DNA of 32,000 nt from an archaeon. GTDB lineage: Archaea; Micrarchaeota; Micrarchaeia; Anstonellales; Anstonellaceae. Under the pieces are notes generated by a model, which worked only from the letters and a program-made list of their open reading frames with translations, was not told where the DNA came from and ran no database searches. Shown in pieces: positions 16,115 to 23,008 of the stretch. Within the stretch, counting starts at the first letter, position 1; every line of letters begins with the position of its first letter. Made by a program: the position numbers and the translations under genes. The stretch is taken from positions 1-32,000 of the forward strand of contig JAGVIA010000034.1 in NCBI GenBank assembly GCA_020056305.1. The letters are read 5' to 3'.

Positions 16115-17163
16115 CTGAAATGCAATTCCTACTGGATTTGGTTCGTGCCTACAGTCCCTCAAGGCACGAGGCACCGGCGGCAAAAGTCCTCCATGCGCAG
16201 ATGCAGAAGCTTGGCTTTGAGCACTCCTGGATAGATGAGGCAGGCAATGCTGTTGCAACAAACTGCGCACGCAACGAGCCAATAGACTTGCTGATATTCG
16301 GGCATATTGACACTGTGCCTGGGCAGCTTGCGGTGCGAGAGGAAAATGGCAAAATATTTGGCAGGGGCGCGGTGGATGCCAAATCCCCGATGGCAGCATT
16401 GCTTTTTGGCGCTGCAAAGGCAAATGTTGATTACAATGTTATGGTTGCAGGCGTGGTGGAAGAGGAAATCACCACTTCAAAGGGCATACGGCATCTTCTC
16501 ACCTATTGCAAGCCCAAGATGGCGATTTTAGGTGAGCCGTCAAACACCAATGGCATCACTATTGCATACAAGGGCAGGCTTGTGATTGAAGGGAAGATGC
16601 ATGGCCAGTCCATGCACTCTGGCATGAGAGAGGAGAATCCTATTGAGCGCACATTTGAGTTTTACCAAACTCTAAGGCATGCATTCCCCCAGCATGGCAC
16701 TTTTGATTCTGTCATTATGAACATGACGCATGTGCATGCGGGCACGCGCGAAGTGCTAAACGTCGTGCCATCAGAGCTTGATTTTGACATTGATGTGCGC
16801 TATGCGCCTGGCACAAGCGCGCATGACATTGAGAAAAAGGTGCGTGAGCTTATGCCGCGCAACGTGCATATCACTGTAAAAGAGCAGCTTGATGGCTATG
16901 GAATCGAGGTCAATCATCCCCTTGTGCGCGCAATGGTGCCTTCGATGCGCGAGCACGGGCTTGCGCCGCGCTATGTGAAGAAGAGCGGAAGCGCGGACAT
17001 GAATATCACCGGGCCTGCGGGCATTCCAACAATCGCCTACGGGCCTGGGGACTCAAAGCTTGACCACACTGATTCAGAAGTTGTGGATATTGCGGATTAC
17101 AAGAAGGCAATCGAAGTTGCGGCATCCACAATGAAGCGGCTGAAAGGCGAGCTTTCAAAATAA
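16111..17163 (+). CDS. lysK: [LysW]-lysine/ornithine hydrolase (M20 peptidase, ArgE/LysK family)
   Basis: It is an M20 metallopeptidase (LLIFGHIDTVPG, GRGAVDAKS, VVEEE). The start overlaps the lysJ stop (ATGA). It is the last gene of the W-X-Y-Z-J-K order. Confidence 0.85.
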   Translation: MTEMQFLLDLVRAYSPSRHEAPAAKVLHAQMQKLGFEHSWIDEAGNAVATNCARNEPIDLLIFGHIDTVPGQLAVREENGKIFGRGAVDAKSPMAALLFGAAKANVDYNVMVAGVVEEEITTSKGIRHLLTYCKPKMAILGEPSNTNGITIAYKGRLVIEGKMHGQSMHSGMREENPIERTFEFYQTLRHAFPQHGTFDSVIMNMTHVHAGTREVLNVVPSELDFDIDVRYAPGTSAHDIEKKVRELMPRNVHITVKEQLDGYGIEVNHPLVRAMVPSMREHGLAPRYVKKSGSADMNITGPAGIPTIAYGPGDSKLDHTDSEVVDIADYKKAIEVAASTMKRLKGELSK

Positions 17164-17170
17164 TCCTTTT

Positions 17171-17653
17171 CTAGTCGTGCTTTAGGAATTGCTGCACCAT
17201 GAATTCCTTGCCAGGGCCAGCTTTTTTCAGAAGCGCAAGCACGTCGTTTGCAGAAGACACTTCTTCAAGCTGCTCAGCTACAAACCACTGCATGAACTGC
17301 TCGGAAATCTTGTCTTTTTCGCCCCTTGCGGCATCCACTATGTTGCAAATAAGCTCTGTTACTTTTTCCTCGTGCGTTAGCGCTGCTTGTGCCGCTTCAA
17401 CGCCGGTTGAATAAACGGCTTTTGGCGCAGGAATGGCGGGTATTTTCACATCTGCGCCGGCATCCGAGAGGAACTTTATCATCTTCTGGCCGTGCACCTT
17501 CTCCTCATCCGCCTGCTTGTAGTAATAGTCTGCGAATATCTTGAGCCCCTCGCTGTCGAAATATGCGGCAATCGCATAATAGGAGGACATCGCAAAAAAC
17601 TCATGCCCTATCTGCTCGTTAATAAGCTGGTGCGTTTTCTTCCCGATAAGCAT
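17171..17653 (-). CDS. ftn: ferritin (non-haem, Ftn type)
   Basis: LINEQIGHEFFAMSSYYAIAAYF...ADEEKVHGQKMIKFL...HEEKVTE...FMQWFVAEQLEE are the ferroxidase-centre E/H ligand motifs. The start is set at the ATG at 17651-17653 behind AGGTGG (the track's start is 6 codons further up). Confidence 0.85.
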   Translation of the reverse strand: MLIGKKTHQLINEQIGHEFFAMSSYYAIAAYFDSEGLKIFADYYYKQADEEKVHGQKMIKFLSDAGADVKIPAIPAPKAVYSTGVEAAQAALTHEEKVTELICNIVDAARGEKDKISEQFMQWFVAEQLEEVSSANDVLALLKKAGPGKEFMVQQFLKHD

Positions 17654-17734
17654 CCAAACCACCTCTGGCATTTGCTAATTGCACGGTGAATTTAATAAGA
17701 GTATGGCGGCGTTATGCACGGGCGGGGCAAGATG

Positions 17735-19081
17735 CTAAGCCCGCACCGGGATAGGCTGGCGCATTGGCATTTTCACAAGCGCTGCCTCCTGTGACAGCTT
17801 TCTTCCGGGCGGAAGCCTTGTCTGAAAGTCCGGTGGAACCGAGCCGATAAGCCGTGGCGCATTTATTTTAAATTGCGGGTTGAATGACACATCCCCGTTG
17901 CTGCCAACCTCGCCTTTCATCGCAGCCTGCAGCCGGGCGTTTATCGCCCTAAGCTCCATTGCTTTTTCGCGAAGCTCTCGGATGTCAGACTCTGATACAA
18001 ACTCATCTGCATACGCGCCCATCGATGCACCCGTGAATTCGTTTGCCCGCATGCGCTGGTAAAGGGCTTTCAGTTTTGCAAACGCTTCCCTGCCCTTCTG
18101 CGTTCCGATTTCAAAGCGCTCATTATTGTCCTCTGTTATGCCCCCGTCAACAAGCACCAGGCCTGCCGCATTTCCAGTCATTATCATCATGTCGCAATTA
18201 CGGATTTCCTGCGTCGTGAAAACGCCCCTCCTTGTTTTATAGCCCAATTCCTGTGCAGCTATCTCTGCAAGCTGCATCGTGAGGCCAGGAAGCGCGCCAT
18301 CTTCAATTCTCGGCGTAATGAGCGTGTTGCCTTTGAGGATGGCTATGTTTTCTGCAGAGCCTTCTACGGGATAACCATTGAGGTTTTTCCAGACAACTTC
18401 GTTTAGCCGTGCATAAAAATCTGCATTGCCTGGGTCTGTCCCAATCAGCCTCTCGCGCAGCGCAATCATCTTGCGCACCGCGCGCATTGATGACGGGTAA
18501 TTCTCGCCTAACTTCCTCTCCGGATGCTCGACTTTCTTCCGCTCAGAAAGAAAAAGGACTACCATCCCCTTTCCAGTGTCATTCTTGCCGTGATACGGGA
18601 CCTGGGGGAATGCGATAAGGGTGTATTGAAATGGGTACAAATTGCGGAGCACAATGTTCCTTGCAGGCCCAAGGTACATGAGCGGCCGGATGTAAAGCCC
18701 GTTGCATACGTGCACACTGCCGTCTTCCGCAAGGATGCGCATTTTTTGGTCAAATCCGTTCATGTAAATTACGTTTGCAAGCGCAAGCATGTGCTCCTCA
18801 AGGGGCATCTGCGGGTAGCCATATAAGGAATTTTCAGCGTTGAAAATCATGCGCCGGAAGTTGAGGTCCATATGATAACTGAAGGTCCTTCCGTTTGCTG
18901 TTCTGTCAACGCCGCCGCCCTCGAATATGCTCACGCCATAATTTATGGATTTGGAGCTGAAATCCACTCCAGATGAACCCACTGTTGAAAACGAGTATGT
19001 TGGATTTGATTCGCTTCCGACCAAGCAATTTGCATGGAATATGATGATGTCACTGAATTTCTCTGGGTAAATGAATTCCAT
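17735..19081 (-). CDS. class IV (BCAT/DAAT-fold) aminotransferase-like protein with ~100-aa C-terminal extension
   Basis: YGVSIFEGGG (compare HYG..vFEG), YIRPL, and ERKLGENYPSSMRAV (compare the K-x-G-x-NY PLP-lysine segment of IlvE). The start is set at MEFIYPEKF behind a GGAGG SD. The last ~100 aa (ELRAINARLQAAMKGE...PPGRKLSQEAALVKMPMRQPIPVRA) have no family I recognise. Confidence 0.55.
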   Translation of the reverse strand: MEFIYPEKFSDIIIFHANCLVGSESNPTYSFSTVGSSGVDFSSKSINYGVSIFEGGGVDRTANGRTFSYHMDLNFRRMIFNAENSLYGYPQMPLEEHMLALANVIYMNGFDQKMRILAEDGSVHVCNGLYIRPLMYLGPARNIVLRNLYPFQYTLIAFPQVPYHGKNDTGKGMVVLFLSERKKVEHPERKLGENYPSSMRAVRKMIALRERLIGTDPGNADFYARLNEVVWKNLNGYPVEGSAENIAILKGNTLITPRIEDGALPGLTMQLAEIAAQELGYKTRRGVFTTQEIRNCDMMIMTGNAAGLVLVDGGITEDNNERFEIGTQKGREAFAKLKALYQRMRANEFTGASMGAYADEFVSESDIRELREKAMELRAINARLQAAMKGEVGSNGDVSFNPQFKINAPRLIGSVPPDFQTRLPPGRKLSQEAALVKMPMRQPIPVRA

Positions 19082-19210
19082 CCCATCGCCTCCCGTGTGC
19101 ATTTCTCCAATAAAGTATTTAACAGTGTCTTTGCATGTGAAAAACTACGTCCATTGCCGAATTTTGTTACATACTTTTTTAAATTAAAATCATCACAAGG
19201 AAAAACAGAA

Positions 19211-19292
19211 TGGAGGGATTGGAATGACCAACTCAAAGAGAGGTGAGTGCGCAAACAACGCTAGCAACGGGTGTTTGGAAATTATCCCTCCA
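19211..19292 (+). other. 82-nt element closed by a 9-bp helix (E0), directly downstream of a TATA-like box
   Basis: TGGAGGGAT (19211-19219) pairs with ATCCCTCCA (19284-19292). The A/T box TTTTTTAAATTAAAAT at 19175-19190 ends about 20-25 nt upstream, which is the archaeal TATA-to-TSS spacing. No credible ORF spans it. Confidence 0.3.
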
Positions 19293-19303
19293 GCAGTTCT
19301 CGG

Positions 19304-19406
19304 TCATAAGGTGCGGTGAACCCCGCGCAAAAGCGCGGGGCATGCCCCCCGCAGGCAAAGCTCATTCTTCACTAGGTGCAGTCACGGGCATGGCCGCACC
19401 TTATGA
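19304..19406 (+). promoter_or_regulatory. structured leader-like element E1 (three-way junction, 103 nt)
   Basis: P1 is TCATAAGGTGCGG (19304-16) paired with CCGCACCTTATGA (19394-406). The junction is TGAA. P2 is CCCCGCGC-AAAA-GCGCGGGG (19321-40). P3 is CATGCCC (19341-47) paired with GGGCATG (19386-92). AGGTG lies in the P3 loop (19374-78) and an ATG at 19390-92 lies inside the P3 3' strand. Confidence 0.5.
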
Positions 19407-19518
19407 GGCAACTAAAGTAGCTTCTTGCATAACTGACAAAACAAAAGGCGAGCGGAGCACAGAAAGAAAGGAAAAAAGCATAAGCCGCAAGACGAACAAC
19501 ACGGAAGTTAGCCGCCAG

Positions 19519-19770
19519 ATGGGCTATTTTTCCGTTTCCGGTTCAAGGAAAGGTTTTTTGCATCCGACGACTGGTTTTGGGGCTGCGGCAGCTGCAAGCT
19601 TTGCCTCTCCCTCAAAAATCGGAAGGCCTCGTGCATTGTCTCCTCAAGAAGCAGCAGAGGCGCGTGAAACTTACTTTTCGCAATTCGTCAGCGTGCGCGA
19701 GATTGCGCGCTATTACGGCGTTTCGCACTCGGCGGTATGGCGGGCGATATGGAACAAAAACAGGTCATAA
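19519..19770 (+). CDS. small helix-turn-helix DNA-binding protein (83 aa; possibly 126 aa from ATG 19390)
   Basis: The C-terminus GRPRALSPQEAAEARETYFSQFVSVREIARYYGVSHSAVWRAIWNK fits the Hin/resolvase-type or IS-ORFA-type HTH pattern (GRP..L......I.......S.REIA...GVS.STV.R.L). The N-terminal part of the 175-aa track ORF runs through E0/E1 and is not credible. The stop TAA (19768-70) lies inside the E2 closing helix. Confidence 0.5.
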   Translation: MGYFSVSGSRKGFLHPTTGFGAAAAASFASPSKIGRPRALSPQEAAEARETYFSQFVSVREIARYYGVSHSAVWRAIWNKNRS

Positions 19771-19853
19771 GGTGCGGCGAACCCTGCCTTCGGCAGGGCA
19801 TGTCGCGCTGACAGATATGGAACTGGTAGGTGCGACATGACCGCACCTTATGA
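19765..19853 (+). promoter_or_regulatory. structured leader-like element E2 (paralogue of E1, 89 nt)
   Basis: P1 is identical to that of E1 (19765-77 paired with 19841-53). The junction is CGAA. P2 is CCCTGC(C)-TTCG-GCAGGG (19782-98). P3 is CATGTCGC (19799-806) paired with GCGACATG (19832-39). AGGTG lies at 19828-32 and an ATG at 19837-39. An AGGTGA SD (19853-58) follows the helix, 4 nt before the ATG at 19863. Confidence 0.5.
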
Positions 19854-19862
19854 GGTGAAAAT

Positions 19863-20063
19863 ATGCCAGGTGGATTGAGCAGAATGATGGGCGAGATGCA
19901 GGCAAAACAAGAGGTTCGAAAACAGATCCCATTCGGGCTTGACAGGCTTGCCGTTCTCCCTAGATTCAAAAATGGCGAGCCATCTGGTGGCGTTGCGGCA
20001 GCATTTTTCAGGGACAAGCCGCCTTCGGATTATGTGTATACAAAGCGCGACGGGCTTGTCTGA
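19863..20063 (+). CDS. hypothetical small protein (66 aa)
   Basis: A strong SD (AGGTGA) lies 4 nt upstream. The protein is MPGGLSRMMGEMQAKQEVRKQIPFGLDRLAVLPRFKNGEPSGGVAAAFFRDKPPSDYVYTKRDGLV. It has no TM segment and no motif I recognise. Confidence 0.4.
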   Translation: MPGGLSRMMGEMQAKQEVRKQIPFGLDRLAVLPRFKNGEPSGGVAAAFFRDKPPSDYVYTKRDGLV

Positions 20064-20067
20064 AAAA

Positions 20068-21624
20068 CTATCCCTCAAGCAGATGCTCGGCAATCGCGCC
20101 ATACGCCGGCCTTGAAATCAGTATGCCAAGCACATATCCGAGCACTGTAGCGGTCGCAAAGCCGATAATCTCCACCAATCCTGAGAACAAAAGAAGCGGA
20201 AGCATGGTAACTACGGCAACAACGACGTTTGTGGTGATTATCGAGAACGCCTTCTCAAGCTTCTTGTCAAGGGATTCCCCAGTTTTTTTGAGAAGCTCGT
20301 CAGTGATGACAATCTGCGAGTCCACGGACACGCCGATTGCGGCAAATATTCCTGCCATCGCAGCCAAGTCGATGGTAAAATAGCCGATTATTGACACCAA
20401 TATTATCATCTCTGAAAGCGAGATGAAAATGACTGGAATGATAAATTTGGGGCTGCGGTAGCGGATGCCCACTATGAGTGAAACAACAATAAGCACAAGC
20501 GCCGCGCCAATTGTGCTGAGCCGCAGGAATTCCTGACCCATCGGCGCAGGGATGGAAGTTGCGCTTCCAAGTGAAATCGGAATCGGAAGCGAGCCGCCCT
20601 TGAGTATGGATTCAACTTCGCGCTTGTTCTTCTCTGCCGAAAGTGCGCGCTCCTGTGCCGTGAAGCCCTGTGCAGGGCCTGTTATCGTGTAGCCTCCGGA
20701 ATTCACGCCAGTTGTGACAGAAGGCGCGAGTCGCGGGGCAGAAAGAAGCCCGACTGCTTTCCATTCATTTACCGAGTCTGATGCGCCTGCGCCCCCTGCG
20801 CTTATGCTAAAGAGCGGCCGCATCTCCTCCGGGGGCTTTTCAACAATGATGAATCGGTCTTTGAGGGAGTTTTTCAATTCCGCGCTTGCGGCAGATGAAA
20901 TTATCGCCTTTGTCTTGTTGGTTTTGTTTTGCAATTCGCTTGCATTCACAGTTTCCTCAAGGTAAACACCTATCTCATCGCCCTCGAGAAGCAGCGCTTT
21001 CTTCGCAAGCCCGACTGCCACTTCCTCAGATATAGGCTGCGCCTTGGACGTGTTTGCAAGCAGGTCAGAGCGCGTTATTATCACAATGGAGTCAGTAGGC
21101 CTGTCAAGGAACATGTAAAGCGGGTAATTCGCCTTTCCCTGCACCACTTCTGCGAAATGCAGATTCCCCGCAGATGTGATTGAGAATGAGACGCCCCAGT
21201 CAGCGCCCTGCAAATACTGCGTTGGGACAGGCGCTATTGTGCCAGAGTATATCTCATCGCCGCTCACTGCGACTTTCCCATCCACAATGCCCTGGTAAAC
21301 ACCCTGCTTGGAAAGCAGCCTCTCGATGTCATTGACAAGCTGCGGGTTGCCCTGCGGCACTTCCACATATATTTCGCTGTCGCCGACAGGCCGCACCTTC
21401 ACCTCGGTAAGGCCGAATGTCGCGCTTCTTGTCTTGATTGTTTGCACCATCTGATCCATGGTGAGTACGTCTGCAGGCCGATCAAGAATGACGGGAATGC
21501 GCACGCCTCCTGAGAAATCAATGCCGAACTTGATGCCCTGCGTTACCGAGAGCGCAAGTGCAAGTATGGTTACCACTGCCAAAAGGAGCACGCGCCGGTC
21601 AGTGTATATCGCATGGAGCTGCAT
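20068..21624 (-). CDS. secD: protein-export membrane protein SecD (518 aa)
   Basis: It has an N-terminal TM, a large extracytoplasmic domain, and a C-terminal TM bundle with GIFAAIGVSVDSQIVITDELLKK (counterpart of the bacterial SecD GMAVDANVLIFER region). It lies immediately downstream of secF, as in other archaea. Confidence 0.85.
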   Translation of the reverse strand: MQLHAIYTDRRVLLLAVVTILALALSVTQGIKFGIDFSGGVRIPVILDRPADVLTMDQMVQTIKTRSATFGLTEVKVRPVGDSEIYVEVPQGNPQLVNDIERLLSKQGVYQGIVDGKVAVSGDEIYSGTIAPVPTQYLQGADWGVSFSITSAGNLHFAEVVQGKANYPLYMFLDRPTDSIVIITRSDLLANTSKAQPISEEVAVGLAKKALLLEGDEIGVYLEETVNASELQNKTNKTKAIISSAASAELKNSLKDRFIIVEKPPEEMRPLFSISAGGAGASDSVNEWKAVGLLSAPRLAPSVTTGVNSGGYTITGPAQGFTAQERALSAEKNKREVESILKGGSLPIPISLGSATSIPAPMGQEFLRLSTIGAALVLIVVSLIVGIRYRSPKFIIPVIFISLSEMIILVSIIGYFTIDLAAMAGIFAAIGVSVDSQIVITDELLKKTGESLDKKLEKAFSIITTNVVVAVVTMLPLLLFSGLVEIIGFATATVLGYVLGILISRPAYGAIAEHLLEG

Positions 21625-21628
21625 AACA

Positions 21629-22828
21629 TTACCCCTCGAAAATGCTCTTGAAAATCGGCTTTTCCTCTATCAATCTGCCGTTTTTCTCGCGGCTCTGCGC
21701 ATAGTGCAGTATGATTATGGCATTTATGCCCCATGTCGCAAACAGGTCGCCGACAAGGCCGCAAATCGCAACAGCCGCAATCTCATAATAGGTGCTTATG
21801 TGCGTGATTGAGCCAAGCACGAAAAGCACGATGAATGCCGCAAGCGCAGCCACGCTCATTGTTGCGCCGGTCTTGAACGCGTCAAATGCGCGCTCCGCCG
21901 CAGTCCCCTCCTTTCTCTTTATGACGCGCATGGTGAGCAGCACGTCTGTGTCAAGGGAGAAGCCTATCAGCATGAGTATTGCGGCAAACGAGGCAAGCGA
22001 GAATGGAATGCCAAAGAGGCCCATTGCGCCCAATGCTATGATAACATCGGCGAGAGCGCCCACAAGCACTGCAATGCTTGGCACAATGGTGCGGAAGAAC
22101 AGGAAAACGGCAATTGTGACAAAAACCGCGGCAATTAGCATGGTGGTCCCGGCGCGCTCGATGAACTTGGATGAAAGGGATGCGCTTACCTCGTCAAACG
22201 ATATGCTCGTGTATGGGGATGAATCCCCAAGAAGTGAAATCAGGCTTGCTTTTCGGTCATCTCGCATCTTTGCCGATGCGGCTGCAACTGCCTTGCTAAG
22301 CTCGTTCGTTTGCTTTATGTCACTTGCTTTCGTGTCCAATCCTGCAGCATTGAATATGATGTCCGCGCTTGCATCGATATCGACTTTTGCCTTCGCATAT
22401 GCATCTGCCGCGCCTTCCGCCCCCGTGTCCGCATCTGCCTCAAGGCGGGAAACATCGTCGATTTTTGAGAAAAACACGGTTTTTGCAGTGTCTGCCGCCA
22501 GGAGCTCCTCATCCTGCTCAAGCTCGATTTCCACTATTTTTGCGCTCGCATTCACCGGGTCATCAAGCACCTTTATGCTGGTGACTGCAAGCCCGCCATC
22601 CACAAGCGCAGTCTGTATCACGTCTGCGGAAGGGTCCCCTATTGCGCCAAGGCGGATAAGCGTTCCGCCCCGGAAATCCACGCCGAGCTTAATTTGGGGT
22701 ATGAAGAATAGCGAGATGAGTATCAGGGCTATTGGAAAGATTGCAAGGCGCTTGTAATCTCCAAGGTATGGATTTGGGATTGAAACCATATAGACAGGCA
22801 ACTCCCGGGCTGCAGGAACAGTGTACAC
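21629..22828 (-). CDS. secF: protein-export membrane protein SecF (399 aa; alternative start 22789)
   Basis: LGVDFRGGT lies near the N-terminus. The C-terminal bundle has LMLIGFSLDTDVLLTMRVIKRKEG (counterpart of SecF GYSINDTIVVFDR). The start is ambiguous between M1 and M14 (MVSIPNPY...). Confidence 0.85.
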   Translation of the reverse strand: MYTVPAARELPVYMVSIPNPYLGDYKRLAIFPIALILISLFFIPQIKLGVDFRGGTLIRLGAIGDPSADVIQTALVDGGLAVTSIKVLDDPVNASAKIVEIELEQDEELLAADTAKTVFFSKIDDVSRLEADADTGAEGAADAYAKAKVDIDASADIIFNAAGLDTKASDIKQTNELSKAVAAASAKMRDDRKASLISLLGDSSPYTSISFDEVSASLSSKFIERAGTTMLIAAVFVTIAVFLFFRTIVPSIAVLVGALADVIIALGAMGLFGIPFSLASFAAILMLIGFSLDTDVLLTMRVIKRKEGTAAERAFDAFKTGATMSVAALAAFIVLFVLGSITHISTYYEIAAVAICGLVGDLFATWGINAIIILHYAQSREKNGRLIEEKPIFKSIFEG

Positions 22829-22881
22829 ATTTGCTCCAGATAGTTTTTAAACATAAATATTCCGAAAGGATAGGGATAGCT

Positions 22882-22979
22882 CAACAACTGCGGGTGCGCG
22901 GGCATCATTTTGCCCGTAAGAAGCGCATCCGCCTAAAGTCCATGTGCTTAGCACGTCGGGCTTTAGCCCGCAGTTGTTG
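22882..22979. ncRNA. 98-nt element closed by a perfect 13-bp helix (E3), candidate small structured RNA in the secF/purH divergent intergenic region
   Basis: CAACAACTGCGGG (22882-94) pairs with CCCGCAGTTGTTG (22967-79). Inner hairpins are CGGGCA-TCATTT-TGCCCG (22899-916) and AAGCGCAT...ATGTGCTT (22921-28 with 22942-49, one G-U). The competing hairpin CGGGC-TTTA-GCCCG (22957-70) overlaps the 3' closing strand. A/T boxes at 22843-22861 lie about 20-35 nt upstream on the plus strand. Confidence 0.3.
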
Positions 22980-23008
22980 TAGATTAATTCCCCTTCTTGG
23001 CTGGTTTG

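Noticed and set aside
19243-19518. N-terminal 92 codons of the 175-aa track ORF (GTG start at 19243)
   Set aside because: This part runs straight through the E0/E1 helices and encodes implausible sequence. Only the C-terminal HTH part looks like protein, so the start was moved to 19519 (alternative 19390).
19304-19853. E1/E2 as known RNAs: 5S rRNA, tRNA, hammerhead ribozyme, SRP or RNase P fragments, C/D or H/ACA sRNA
   Set aside because: - The 5S conserved loop sequences are absent.
- A 13-bp closing stem and the lack of a T-arm GGTTC motif exclude tRNA.
- The hammerhead cores CUGAUGA and GAAA are absent from the junctions.
- There is no SRP helix-8 motif and no RNase P CR-I/CR-IV motif.
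- There are no C/D boxes in proper arrangement and no ACA tail.

They are left as an unclassified structured element.
19837-19878. Programmed frameshift joining the 13-codon ORF from E2 (MTAPYEVKICQVD) to the 66-aa ORF
   Set aside because: There is no canonical slippery heptamer at the overlap. The 66-aa ORF also has its own strong SD and ATG, so independent initiation is the simpler explanation.
21792-22757. 321-aa plus-strand ORF
   Set aside because: It is antisense to secF. Its translation is extremely Ala/Ser-rich and low-complexity.
22829-23008. ZTP (pfl) riboswitch, because the structured element sits upstream of purH; also a tRNA because of GGGATAGCTCAAC
   Set aside because: I could not find the conserved ZTP core. 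Only a CCGCCT hexamer is present, without the GGGTCGTGAC-type 5' subdomain or the CCTGGGC continuation. The likely TATA for a leaderless purH lies downstream of the element. For tRNA, there is no cloverleaf, no T-loop, and the stem is too long.
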